Under the pieces are notes generated by a model, which had not been told where the DNA came from, searched no databases, and worked only from the letters and a program-made list of their open reading frames with translations. A stretch of 63,130 nt of DNA, filler included, from Globobulimina sp. (Eukaryota), in the NCBI GenBank assembly GCA_003354225.1. It is 57 parts of 57 records of this genome, joined end to end, with 100 filler letters (N's around TTAATTAATTAA, not from the genome) between each part and the next. Parts side by side here need not be neighbours in the genome. Positions count along the whole stretch, not along the records: positions 11,101 to 12,110 come from PIVH01025897.1; positions 12,211 to 13,220 come from PIVH01025898.1; positions 13,321 to 14,330 come from PIVH01025899.1; positions 14,431 to 15,440 come from PIVH01025900.1; positions 15,541 to 16,550 come from PIVH01025901.1; positions 16,651 to 17,660 come from PIVH01025902.1; positions 17,761 to 18,770 come from PIVH01025903.1; positions 18,871 to 19,880 come from PIVH01025904.1; 49 more parts are not named here. The stretch is one strand, 5' to 3'. Below, one piece after another: positions 11,101 to 23,310 of this stretch. Numbering within the stretch: position 1 is the first letter of the stretch; every line of letters starts with the position of its first letter. The translations under genes and the position numbers were made by a program.

Positions 11101-11728
11101 CAGTGTCAACATTAAAATAACAACACAATTTCCGTTTTTCCTTCAATTTCAATTCAACTAAATCTGTTTCGATGCACATTGAATCACATTCATCATCGCA
11201 ACAGCAACATTTATCACAGCACCAATCACAACATGGTATGTCTGTAATTACATCACAGCATAAATCATAACATCTAGGATATCCTGATCCATTTAAATAC
11301 AAAGTATGTTTACAACATGACAGCACTGCTCCTCTTCTATCAACAATGCTGCATTTTTTAAATGAATAATTCTTTATATTAGCATTTTTTATTTTTATTC
11401 TCTGGCAACAACAACATAACTGACACGGACCAAATCTAAGTAATAGTGATTCATCACCATCCACTGATTTTATTTCTACGAATCGGAAAGAAAACATCGC
11501 ATATAAAATAAATATTGTATAAAATGCCAGTAATAATGCAGTGACTTGAACCCTTTCAGTATCACCAGCAATCGCATTAATTGCCATTCCAAACAAAAGT
11601 CCAGTTATTAACATGAGTCCACACACCATTTGCAAATAAAAAAAACATGTAATATGCCGTTTTTTATAGCCCATGATTATGATAAAAGATTTTTGTGAAC
11701 AGTTTTCCTCTTTTAATACTCGCTGCAC
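11101..11728 (-). CDS. Two-TM protein with Cys-rich cytoplasmic region, 3' truncated
   Basis: Two hydrophobic helices, then LLLRFGP and many CC/CCC clusters. Confidence 0.6.
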
Positions 11729-11734
11729 ACAAAC

Positions 11735-12110
11735 ATGTGCACGTCCTCGGGATTTTTTTGGGCTGAATCAGTCGTCATTGGATTAGCTTTAATATTTTTA
11801 TGCATCCAAATTGTTTGGATCATTGGTTATTGGATACATCGTAAAGAAGATTTCATTCGAGTTCGCCAATACAATGCAACCATATTTATTTGTAGTGGAG
11901 CCTGTTCATATCAAATCTGGGCAATATTATCAATAATATGGAGAAATAATAATCTGTTTCCTGTCCCTAGACCATCTCAGTGGGAGATAATATTAACCAC
12001 AATACTATATATTATGACGTTGGGTGGTTCATCGTATATATTTATGTATAAATCATGGATATTATATTATAATGCATCATATTATGAAGCATATGCTGAT
12101 ATTGGTTGGA
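11735..12110 (+). CDS. N-terminal part of 7TM-like (possibly 7TM-RGS) membrane protein
   Basis: Three TM helices with FIRVR loop after TM1; truncated by contig end. Confidence 0.5.
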
Positions 12111-12261
12111 NNNNNNNNNNNNNNNNNNNNNNNNNNNNNNNNNNNNNNNNNNNNTTAATTAATTAANNNNNNNNNNNNNNNNNNNNNNNNNNNNNNNNNN
12201 NNNNNNNNNNCAATAGATTTGATTTGGATGATTTTTTGAGGAGTTTTTTACTTTAAACAAC

Positions 12262-13220
12262 ATGTCAATTCACAACATTAGCAAAAATACGGGTTATTTC
12301 GATGTCGCTCCAACATCTGCATTTTTGGCCTTCGCAGATAACAGTAATACATTTATAACACAACAAACAATGCTGAATAATTATTCTCTGCTAACCGAAC
12401 AACCAATGACCAACAAACAAACAAAGAATATTGAAATTGGTGGCAGTTCAGATGAAAATGGAAAGAAAGCAAATAAAGAGTACAAATGTAAAGACTGTGC
12501 GAAGAAATTTGTGTCGCGCGCATTATTTAAGACCCATTGCGAAGATATTCATAATAATAACACACCATTTTATTGTGGCAAATGCGATAAATCATTTGTA
12601 AACGATGGCAGTTGTTTTTATGGTCCCGGCCAAGTCGTATATCAGTACTCCTTCACTAATTACAATAATACGCATAATAATATTACGTCCGAAGCAGCAA
12701 CGACAGAGTCAGCGGCAACAGATATTATTCATGTGATTGATCATAAAGATAACCATAATAATTATACAGATTCAAAGGCATTGATATGTAAAGGCAGTGG
12801 CAAAAACAGCAAACAATCAAATAAAAAACACGTAAAAACGATAACTCGCCAGACGATGAGAAACGTTGTAAAGCAAAATGAGAAACCATTTGAATGTGAA
12901 ATATGTGGCAAAGGATATAAAAATTTAGGTAATTACCGATCACATTGTAAGATCCATACCGATGCAGCACTTGTTTGCGAATTTTGTAACAAAAGGTTTG
13001 GGCGCAAATCAAATTGGAAAGAACATCGGCGAATACATACAGGCGAAGCACCATATAAATGCAGATTTTGTGTGCGGGGTTTTAAGCAACAGCATGCGTG
13101 GAAGGAACATTTGCGAATACATACGGGAGAGAGACCGTATTTGTGTACGGTTTGTGGCAAGCGATTTACGCGCCGGCATAATTTAAATGCACATATGAGA
13201 GTACACACCGGAGAGAGACC
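12262..13220 (+). CDS. C2H2 zinc-finger transcription factor, 3' truncated
   Basis: Tandem CxxC-x12-HxxxH fingers with HTGEAPY/HTGERPY linkers. Confidence 0.95.
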
Positions 13221-13590
13221 NNNNNNNNNNNNNNNNNNNNNNNNNNNNNNNNNNNNNNNNNNNNTTAATTAATTAANNNNNNNNNNNNNNNNNNNNNNNN
13301 NNNNNNNNNNNNNNNNNNNNATGATATTATTGGATCATATACCAAATATAAAGTTGATAGCACAAAGTTATGGTATAGCTGGAAATTTGGTCAAATTTCA
13401 CAATATTACTGTACAAAATTCAAAACAAGATCCAAGTGATAACATCATCAATCTATGAAACACTCGTTTTGGGGAAACGTCATGTTTTCTTTTCTGATGA
13501 AACAAGAGTTTACTAACAAATCGGAAAATCTACATTCTTTACACAGACCACAATAACCTTGGAAGTCTCAGGATTTCGACTGCTTCTTTT

Positions 13591-14330
13591 TCAGACTCGG
13601 TATATAAAGTACATCAATTTATCAAAATGGTACAATTTATTCGGATCTTTTGCATGTTTGACTGTCTCGACAGGGAAATGGATAATTGGGTAAACACATT
13701 TCAACATATTATTGCCTAATATTGGTGGATTCTGTCTAAGATTTCCTCCCTTATTTTCAGACAACTCCAAAATTGGATAACAAGCAGAGGAAATATCTTC
13801 AAATACATTCCCAATACATTGTAAATTAACAATCTGTTCTTGTGCATTAACAATCTGTTCCAGGCAATGCACCAACACCACTCCGGATTTCTCACACCGT
13901 GATAGATCTACACCAGTTTCTTTAAATACACAATTAGTTATTGTAACATCTCCAGCAAATGTGTTTATTTCAACACCAGTCACACCTCCATCAAACACAC
14001 AATTATCAACAGTTAAATCTGACCCATTACTCACCCCTATACCACGAATAAGTCCACGATGGTCTATATATATAATGCAATTCGTCATCCATAATTTACT
14101 ATCTCTGTTGAGAGTTAATCCACAAATATTATTTAAATTTAATGTAACATTTTCAATGTATGTTTTACCAAATATTTGTTGTTCTTCATTCACTTCCAAT
14201 ACCACATCATTTCCAATCCCAATCAATTGGATATTACCAATTCGTGGAGAATGAGACAATGTGTAATGTCCATTATGTAGCAATATTATATCACCAGCTT
14301 CGCAATCATTTACTGCAGCATTCAAATTAT
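13591..14330 (-). CDS. Right-handed beta-helix (pectin lyase-like) domain protein
   Basis: AAVNDCEAGDIILLHNGHY cap, IQLIGIG, repeated xxNCxF strands. Confidence 0.8.
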
Positions 14331-14686
14331 NNNNNNNNNNNNNNNNNNNNNNNNNNNNNNNNNNNNNNNNNNNNTTAATTAATTAANNNNNNNNNNNNNN
14401 NNNNNNNNNNNNNNNNNNNNNNNNNNNNNNTGGGGATAGAGCTGGCCATTATGCAAAGTGAAGTTGTTTTCTAGTAACGTATTTTATGACGGTAATATTA
14501 ACGACGGTGTGAAAGAATATCAACATAAAAAAATCTGTCATAATGTAATTCTGATAACATGCACATTTCACAAAAAATCTGACACTCAAAACAAAAACAA
14601 AACAATCTGACAATTTAATTACAAACACCAATAAAAAATATATAAATACTAAATAATTATTTAGTTATTAAGCAGTGGTCAACTCA

Positions 14687-15127
14687 TTAATTGGATATCT
14701 TGATCAAAGTGAATATTAAATGGGTTAAGTTTGATAAAATTATATGTCTGTGTTGTATCTCTATGCCAGCAAGGTTCAAATCAATCTCTTTGATTTTTTT
14801 TATTGCATCAATGCTCTCAAAACCGTTTCTTTTAAATATATCAACATAATGTAAACAAATATCTTCACCAAATCCGCATTTCGTTTTGAACCAATTCTTT
14901 AACACTTGCTCGAAATGCAACGCTAAATTCTTGATCATAGTGTTCCATTTTTCAACAATTCCCATTCCCAAACTTTGTCGAAAATTTGCATGTTGGTCTA
15001 AAGTTTTTATTATATCCAACATTTCCTGATGTTTTCGTATGTCTTTCACCGAAAATGACAAAATCACAGCGCATAATCTTTGATACGTTGTTTTGTTTGT
15101 TAATGATTGGAAATTTGGGTTATTCAC
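14687..15127 (-). CDS. SAM-domain protein
   Basis: WF...CGF......HYVDIFKRNGFESIDAIKKIKEIDLNLAGIEIQHRHIIL is a SAM consensus. Confidence 0.7.
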   Translation of the reverse strand: MNNPNFQSLTNKTTYQRLCAVILSFSVKDIRKHQEMLDIIKTLDQHANFRQSLGMGIVEKWNTMIKNLALHFEQVLKNWFKTKCGFGEDICLHYVDIFKRNGFESIDAIKKIKEIDLNLAGIEIQHRHIILSNLTHLIFTLIKISN

Positions 15128-15540
15128 AATCGAGGATATACTGTCAACCTTTTTTTTATATATAATAGCAAATATTTGATAACGTTATTTCAAAACTGTT
15201 TTTACACAGCGCATAAACACAGTGTTGCTGCACTTATCTTATCTTAAAAAAAGTATAAAAAAGTTATATATTAACTATATTTGATGTTAATTGTTCTTTT
15301 TGCTGCGATTGTACCATTTCTATGGTTTCGTATCCATTGTTTTTTCGCTGTATATTTTGCAGTATGGAGGCGCTAAGTTTTCCAAATTCGTACTGCTCCC
15401 ATTTTTGCTGATATTTCAACTCATGCGGCGGCATTTGATGNNNNNNNNNNNNNNNNNNNNNNNNNNNNNNNNNNNNNNNNNNNNTTAATTAATTAANNNN
15501 NNNNNNNNNNNNNNNNNNNNNNNNNNNNNNNNNNNNNNNN

Positions 15541-16374
15541 AGCACCAATATATTATATCTGTACACGGACACGGAATACATACACAGACAAACATTTTTG
15601 ATTAAGATTGACATAGAAACCAAACAGTTTAAAATGAGAGACTTAACTGCAACAAAACTTCCTTTAAATTCAAAATTATTAATGGTCAACAAGCTATGCC
15701 ATCGTATTGCTACTTATCCCAAATTAGCAGTTTTTGTTTGGAATGATGAATTGGAGAAATTTCAATGTGTATGTTCCATTGACCAGGAACAGAAACATTC
15801 AGTGATTGCAGTCAAAGAGTATGGAGTTATTCATATTAAATCACAGAACTCATTGTTGCTATTTGGAGGGGAATATGACTATGGAGGCCATTGTAGCCGT
15901 GCAATGTGGAAATATGATATTAAAAGGAAAGAATGGACATTGCTGAAGATACAGTTACCAGAAGGCATGGCACATTTTGGTTATGTAATGAGTGAAGATG
16001 ATAAATATGTAATTTGTTATGGAGCTGGGATGGATAAAATGAGAGATAGGAAAATATATATTTTTGATGTAAGTCAAGAGATTTTTTATAAATCAAGCAT
16101 TAAAATGACTGATGCTCCGAGTCTGGTTTCCAATGCGTATCATGCAGTATTAATGAATGCGAAAAAGAATAATATATTAATTTATGGTTATATTAATACA
16201 TCAAATCAGTATAACTATCCACAGGAATTAATTAAATTAATTGCGGAATATTTGTGTTTTTATTCAGGCCGTATTCATTTATTAAATACAACATTTAGTC
16301 AAGTATATGAATATCAATATGTCATTGCGTTAAATGCAATCTTGAATGCTGAAAAATCTGTTTGTTTTGAATAA
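15541..16374 (+). CDS. Kelch-repeat-like protein with LIYGYI...YPQELIKLIAEY module
   Basis: LLLFGGE...WKYDI....WT, FGYV...YVICYG Kelch blades. Confidence 0.8.
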   Translation, partial: STNILYLYTDTEYIHRQTFLIKIDIETKQFKMRDLTATKLPLNSKLLMVNKLCHRIATYPKLAVFVWNDELEKFQCVCSIDQEQKHSVIAVKEYGVIHIKSQNSLLLFGGEYDYGGHCSRAMWKYDIKRKEWTLLKIQLPEGMAHFGYVMSEDDKYVICYGAGMDKMRDRKIYIFDVSQEIFYKSSIKMTDAPSLVSNAYHAVLMNAKKNNILIYGYINTSNQYNYPQELIKLIAEYLCFYSGRIHLLNTTFSQVYEYQYVIALNAILNAEKSVCFE

Positions 16375-16650
16375 AAAGTGTGTTTGCTTTTGTATTTCAA
16401 CCTCGTATCTAATCCAAAACCTAGCTAATTTTCAAAACCTCTGCAACATTATCATGGCACACTTTAATTCATCTCAAACCAATGTACCAATCGATTCTTT
16501 ATTTTCAACAGCAACATCAACCACAAACAGTCGCCCTCCGCACTTAAACCNNNNNNNNNNNNNNNNNNNNNNNNNNNNNNNNNNNNNNNNNNNNTTAATT
16601 AATTAANNNNNNNNNNNNNNNNNNNNNNNNNNNNNNNNNNNNNNNNNNNN

Positions 16651-17660
16651 TGCAAACGGACAACAAGGTAATGGAGGAAATGAAAATATTAGAAAAATAA
16701 CAAAAATAAAAACATTTGAAAAAAAAATAAAAAATATTGTTACTTGTGGTAGTTTTGATGGTGTAGCAGCATATATTTTATTTGATGATGAAACATATGA
16801 ATGTTGTGGCAATAACGAAGAGGGTGTATTAGGTGCTGGCCATTATAATAATATCAATATATTGCATCAAATAAAAGATATGAAAATAAAAAATATATTT
16901 GCAGCACCAAACGAATCATATCATTCATTTTGCATTTCAAATGAGAATAAATTATATGCTGTCGGACGGAATTCTTACAATCAATTTGGTATACAAACAA
17001 ATACAGCAAATAATAATCAATGGACACCAATTAATACAACATTATCGATTCAAAAAGTAGCCACAGCTCAGTGTTATACAACATTTTTAAGCACAAATGG
17101 TAAAATATATGTTGCTGGTTATGATGCTTGTGATGGTGGCTTAGGATTAGGTAAAGATATTAAATCATCGCCAAATATTCAAGAAATTCAAATAAAAATA
17201 AAATGTAAGGATATATATTGTGGATTGGCACATACCTTAGCAATTGATGATAATTATGGTGTTTGGTCGTGGGGATATGGTGAATTTGGTAGTTTAGGCC
17301 ATGGAGATAGTAATAATAGATATTTACCAACAAGAATACAATATTTTATTCAAAACAATACTAAAATTGCTAAAATATGTTGTGGTGTTAGACATAATAT
17401 ATTATTATCGTTAACTAAGAAAGTTTTGTTCTTTTTGTTGTGTTTACTTATTTTTGCATTGTTTTTAATAAATAATTAATAAGATATATTGTTTTGGAGA
17501 CAATGTGGAGTATCAATGTGGTAATGGCTCAGATGACACTGTATATTTACCGCAACCAAATGAAACATTGAAAAAGGAAACAGTTATTGATATTAAATGT
17601 GGTGCAGATCATAATATTGTTAAGACAGCGGATAACAAATATTATTTATGGGGATATAAT
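16651..17660 (+). CDS. RCC1-repeat protein fragment (intron 17423-17483)
   Basis: CGLAHTLAID..GVWSWGYGEFGSLGHGD, CGADHNIV...YLWGYN; 61-nt GT..AG intron restores frame. Confidence 0.9.
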
Positions 17661-17822
17661 NNNNNNNNNNNNNNNNNNNNNNNNNNNNNNNNNNNNNNNN
17701 NNNNTTAATTAATTAANNNNNNNNNNNNNNNNNNNNNNNNNNNNNNNNNNNNNNNNNNNNGCCACACTATATATATTTATATATCACACCTTTAAAAAAA
17801 CGTTTTTACTCAAATAACTAAA

Positions 17823-18770
17823 TTATTTAACTTGTATAACCAAATCAATTGTTTTGCTCTTCGTATCCACAAAAGAAGCGGCAATATCATCCATCTCATC
17901 AATATTCACAAAACAGTCATCCACAATCTCATGCAATCCAAACTGATCATGACTGATATTAAATGTTTTTTTAATCGCACTATTTAATTCTTCGAATGTA
18001 TTTTCATCCCATCCACAGTCATTAGTCCGTCCAGACTCACTTCCATTTAATGTGAAATCTAATTGTTTTTTATTATAATGCACTCGCACTAAATAATCAT
18101 TTGCACCAAGCCCTGATTTCGTATTTCCTCCCCTCACAATCTCAATCTGTTCGCCATCATCGTCACTCTTAACCATCACCATCCCATTCCCCCTCTTTCT
18201 GCGCCAACATACACCAATTATAACCCCTACATTTATAAAAAAAAAACGTTTTTGGCGCATTATAGTTTGCATCAAATTTGCACCACATTTCGCGTAAACA
18301 ATTTTTATAACAAACCTATTATAACAACACTTAAAGCCATGGATATCATTGGAATTAATAAAGTATTCGAATTATCATCGCTCGTCTTACTATAAACCTG
18401 ATTCACACCGCCACCGCCGTCGGTCGTTTCCATTGCAACAATGCCAACCTCTGTGGTTCCCACCGATGGATTATCTGTAGGGCCATCGGTTGGATATTGC
18501 GTAGGACTTTGGCTTGGAACAGGTGTTGGGTCCCTGGTCGGATCGGGTATAGGATGTTGCGTCGGATTGCTAGTGGTCGGCGAATCTGTGGTTGGCGCCT
18601 CTGTCGTGGGGGAATGGGTTGGATTGGCAGTGGTCGGCGTCGCAGTGGTCGGATGGCCTGAGGTTGGATGCGCGGTGGGATAATTTGAAGGGTGCTTGGA
18701 AGGGGACATTGTAGGCTCATCTGTGGTGGGAGAGGCAGTGGGTGTGGCTGTAGGACGCGCGGAAGGAGTG
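17823..18770 (-). CDS. Type I membrane protein: TxxP mucin stalk, TM, PB1-like cytoplasmic domain (intron 18227-18315)
   Basis: PTxxPT repeats; splicing an 89-nt GT..AG intron joins the TM halves (MALSVVIIGVIIGVCWRRKR) in frame with the 17823 ORF. Confidence 0.75.
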
Positions 18771-19017
18771 NNNNNNNNNNNNNNNNNNNNNNNNNNNNNN
18801 NNNNNNNNNNNNNNTTAATTAATTAANNNNNNNNNNNNNNNNNNNNNNNNNNNNNNNNNNNNNNNNNNNNCCTGCTAATAAATACCGAAGACACGCCAGT
18901 TTGAGGAACAGTGTCCAACTTTCTTTATTGAGTAAAGACAATCATTTATTCGCTTCGACTCAAATCGACTTACTTCCACGACATTGACAGGGAGCACAGG
19001 ATTGATTTCCCATTTAT

Positions 19018-19764
19018 GATCAAACAGCAACACAAATTGTAGCAAAGTTAGAAAGCATTGCAGACGAAAAAGATATTAAAAATAAAAAAGATATTATTTT
19101 AACACAAAAAGATTGGTTGTTAATATATTTAGCGTTTTTAGGAACGTTTGCGGGAGACGCTGGTGTTGACATCTTTGGGAATATATTACAAAATGGAATA
19201 TATTTAATTACAAAATGGAATATAAGTATTGCAGTGGCGACATTGTTTGTAGCGGCTGGTTTTTTTGGAGGAGTTTGTGGTGTTTTACTATGTAACCCAT
19301 TATTAGCTTTGGTGAAGACTATGTTGTTTGGCAAAGGTTACAAATGCAACAAACAACAAGACATCGTCGCAAGCTGTTGTTTATTTGTGGCAAATATAAT
19401 TACTTGCATTGTACTAATATTATGGGTCACTGTGTTGCAATATTTTCATCTTGGTTGGGTGGTATCATTTGTATGTGGATTTATGTTCGGTTCAATAGAT
19501 ATGTTACCAACCAAAATTATCGTAACATTAAAAACAGAACATTTAGAACAAAAATTATTAGGATTGAACAATGCTACCGGCCCAATATCTGGTTGTCTCG
19601 TATTATTTGTAATGGGATTTCTATGGAATGTAGGAATTGATTTTTTTATTTATGCGTTAGCTTTCCTCGCTTCAGTTCTATGTTTGAATGGTATCGTCAT
19701 GATTATTACTGCAAAAACAATGCAAGTAAAAAAAAATAATCGTACTAGTGCTCTGACAAATTGA
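19018..19764 (+). CDS. MFS transporter C-terminal half
   Basis: Six TM helices with G-rich MFS-like motifs (LLGLNNATGPISG). Confidence 0.6.
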   Translation, partial: DQTATQIVAKLESIADEKDIKNKKDIILTQKDWLLIYLAFLGTFAGDAGVDIFGNILQNGIYLITKWNISIAVATLFVAAGFFGGVCGVLLCNPLLALVKTMLFGKGYKCNKQQDIVASCCLFVANIITCIVLILWVTVLQYFHLGWVVSFVCGFMFGSIDMLPTKIIVTLKTEHLEQKLLGLNNATGPISGCLVLFVMGFLWNVGIDFFIYALAFLASVLCLNGIVMIITAKTMQVKKNNRTSALTN

Positions 19765-21127
19765 CTTTTTGCTTCCTGTGAAATGGTTGGTGGTTAGAAT
19801 GATTTTACGGTTTTCCAGTTTTTGCAGACTGGCTTGCTTTTAACTGTTTAATTTAACAGAGCAGGTCATTTTTTAACGCCNNNNNNNNNNNNNNNNNNNN
19901 NNNNNNNNNNNNNNNNNNNNNNNNTTAATTAATTAANNNNNNNNNNNNNNNNNNNNNNNNNNNNNNNNNNNNNNNNNNNNTACCAGATGCACACACAGGT
20001 AGTGTAAGGCTGCAGGTGCAGGTGCGCAGCAGTGGAAACTCGAATATGTGTCCTGTAGAAGTAGTAACAGTATCTTGTATTATAATCAATGAATCTAGTC
20101 ACTTGGTTGTTTCTTATTGGCATATTTTATAACTTTTTCAATTGGAAAATAAAAAAACAGTAAAGTATATTATTGCACAATCGCTAAAGTATAATCGTTA
20201 TTTTTTTAATCGCACTCTTCATATAGCAGGGGGTGATGGTGGGCCTGCAACCTTAAAAAAAGAAGTTAGATATTAAAAAGCGTTTTTTAGATAAATAATA
20301 CTTGATGGGATATTTCCATATATTGAACAATAATCGGCTGGAAAATCGTTTCAAAATGGTTCCACAAATATTGGACAGTTATCGTATCGAGGAATATTCC
20401 ATGGCCTTGGGGACAATAGAAGCCATTACCATATACCATCTTGTGGAACCAGTAGCTGACACGATCATTGTGGAATCGCTTTTCGAGCCTCATGCTATAA
20501 TAATTGTTATTATGAAGCGCTGATTATATGGCGCAATCACCAATAATGATATCAAAAAAGTAGAAATAATGGCCGTAACTAAAATAGGCGATGGACTAAA
20601 ACACGCTATTTTTTGCGTTTCGATTGATAAACTGCATTACTTACTAAGTTGGGCACGTATTTGGATTAATCGTCGTTTGTCCAGCCGCGATCAATGGCAT
20701 ACTATACGGTGGGCAAAATCCTTGCTTGTCCAAAATCATATTGGCCCACGCTAAATACCATTGGTCAGGATTTAATCGTACTTTGGTCGTGTGGTCGCCT
20801 ATTTCGATTCTTACACCATCTTCTGCAGCTATAACGTCGAAATTTCGTATACGATTACTGCTAGTGGGCATTTGATGGGTAAATCGTGCCAATATATCTG
20901 ATATCATATTTATCGTTAATAAAACAAGAATACCGCCAGTAAAGTAGTTATTTAAAAGGTCAAAAAATAGAATAAAACTACTGTCAGTCGNNNNNNNNNN
21001 NNNNNNNNNNNNNNNNNNNNNNNNNNNNNNNNNNTTAATTAATTAANNNNNNNNNNNNNNNNNNNNNNNNNNNNNNNNNNNNNNNNNNNNTATATTTGTT
21101 GCAAATCTAGAACTAAAATGTATATGT

Positions 21128-21715
21128 TTGTGCTGCAGTATCAGTTCAGAATATGTATTGAAGTGCGGAGCTTATAATCAACACGGCGAGCTACCATCGG
21201 ATGAGCTTAGTGAACAGGTCAAATATGCAAAGGAGCGGTATGATAAATGCGTAGAGTGTCGTGGCGAAATCTTGGTGTCGGCATCGGATGATTTTACATT
21301 GTTTTTATGGAATCCGTGCGTGAGCGATAAACCGGTTTGCAGGATGACAGGGCATGTCCAGTTAGTCAATCATGTGTCGTTCAGTCCCGATGGTAAGTTG
21401 ATAGCATCGGCGTCGTTTGATAAATCGGTTCGAATTTGGGATGCGTTGACTGGGAAGTTTCTGGTCCGATTGTTGGGCCATGTTCAGTCTGTATATCAGA
21501 TTACGTGGAGTGCGGATTCGAGAATGATTGCCTCCGCGTCAAAGGATTCTACGGTGAAATTATGGAATTTGAATTTTAAGCACAATAAGAAAAATAGATT
21601 AATTATTGATTTACCTGGACATGCGGACGAAGTGTATTCTTTAGCTTGGAGCTCAAATGGACAATATTTGGTTTCTGGCTCAAAGGATCGAATGTTGCGT
21701 ATTCATCAACCTTAG
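21128..21715 (+). CDS. NLE1: Notchless/Rsa4 WD40 ribosome-assembly factor, C-terminal part
   Basis: LVSASDDFTLFLWNP...RMTGHVQLVNHVSFSPDG.LIASASFDKSV; DLPGHADEVY. Confidence 0.92.
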   Translation: MCCSISSEYVLKCGAYNQHGELPSDELSEQVKYAKERYDKCVECRGEILVSASDDFTLFLWNPCVSDKPVCRMTGHVQLVNHVSFSPDGKLIASASFDKSVRIWDALTGKFLVRLLGHVQSVYQITWSADSRMIASASKDSTVKLWNLNFKHNKKNRLIIDLPGHADEVYSLAWSSNGQYLVSGSKDRMLRIHQP

Positions 21716-22200
21716 ACATAAATAATGATGTAGAGTGTTTGTGATTTTATTCTTGATTTAAATAACATAAAACGGACAGAACATTGCAAGATTTGCACCA
21801 AGATCGAAACAATTGTTTTTTCTGTGAAAAACATTATTGTCGCTTACTAAGTTTTCGTTAAAAAACCTGTGAAATAAGAAAACTCGAATAAGAACTTATG
21901 ATAATTTAATTAAACAATAACAAAAAACAGTCAACAAGAATCTAATTCGCTTTCATATTGGATTATATTCCGTTGCATGCGTATATCTTCATATGATGGT
22001 GCTACATCAATGTCATATTCTGACGGGGAGAACACTTTCTTTTTTTTCATTTCCATGGCCATCATACCACACAATTCAATCTAATCACTGTACTCATCAT
22101 NNNNNNNNNNNNNNNNNNNNNNNNNNNNNNNNNNNNNNNNNNNNTTAATTAATTAANNNNNNNNNNNNNNNNNNNNNNNNNNNNNNNNNNNNNNNNNNNN

Positions 22201-23020
22201 TAACATATGTACATTTTTCACATTGTAATGAAGCAACAATAACAGGAGCAGGAGATTGACACATTCCACACATTAATGATCCTTTGGTGTTATTAAATGT
22301 ACAGTGGATACATATCCATTGGTTATCGCTTACTAAATCAGATAATAAACTTTGTTTCAATTCATTTTTATTTGATTTTGATGCTTGGCATAAGTCCCAA
22401 CAGCAACCAAAACACGTGTCGTTTTTTGGATCATTTTTATTTTCGAAAGTAATATTTCTTGGTTGCTCTTCCAATAAAGATGGAGAATCAAGTATCTTTT
22501 CAATTAATTGCATGAATAAATCATGAACGCCTACTTTGGTCTTTGCAGAAGCCTCAAAAAATAACAAATTATATTGCCGTGCAAATTCACTTCCTTCATT
22601 TCGTGATATTTTACGTGATTTTTCTAAATCAATTTTATTGCCAACTAATACTTTAATTACCTCTTCTTTTGTTGTAAATATATCAACTTCTTTTAACCAT
22701 TCGCGTATATCATCAAAAGTATCACTCCTTGTTATGTCATATACTAGAATGACTCCTTGTGCTCCTCGGTAATATGCGGATGTCATAGTCCTAAATCGTT
22801 CTTGTCCGGCAGTATCCCAAATTGTTAATTTAATTTTTTTACCACGAACAGGTACCACCTTTACTTTCAAATCAACACCAATGGTGGCTCGTGTATCTTT
22901 GTCATATTCATCACTCGTAAAACTCAGCAATAAACATGTTTTTCCGCAACCTGTGTCACCAACTAACAACAGTTTAAGAAGGTGGTCATGATCAGACCTG
23001 TTTTTTGACTTTAAGCTCAT
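22201..23020 (-). CDS. RAB18: Rab18/RabC GTPase continuing in frame into RanBP2/NZF-type zinc finger(s)
   Basis: GDTGCGKT, ATIGVDLKVK, KLTIWDTAGQERFRTMTSAYYRGAQGVILVYD, NKID, EASAK; CFGCC then WICIHCTFNN.....CGMC. Confidence 0.85.
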
Positions 23021-23310
23021 ATTATACTTGATTTCTGTTTCCAAAAAGTTTTTTTGTCCAGAATGGGGTGTTTTTACAGCAATGGAAGTCGTTTACATAT
23101 AAACTTAGCATCAAATTCAGCTTCAAACATAAATTTACCTAAATCACAAGAATTCAGATGTAATGGCCGTGACTATTATGATTGTTCACATATAAACAGA
23201 TTAAGAGATANNNNNNNNNNNNNNNNNNNNNNNNNNNNNNNNNNNNNNNNNNNNTTAATTAATTAANNNNNNNNNNNNNNNNNNNNNNNNNNNNNNNNNN
23301 NNNNNNNNNN

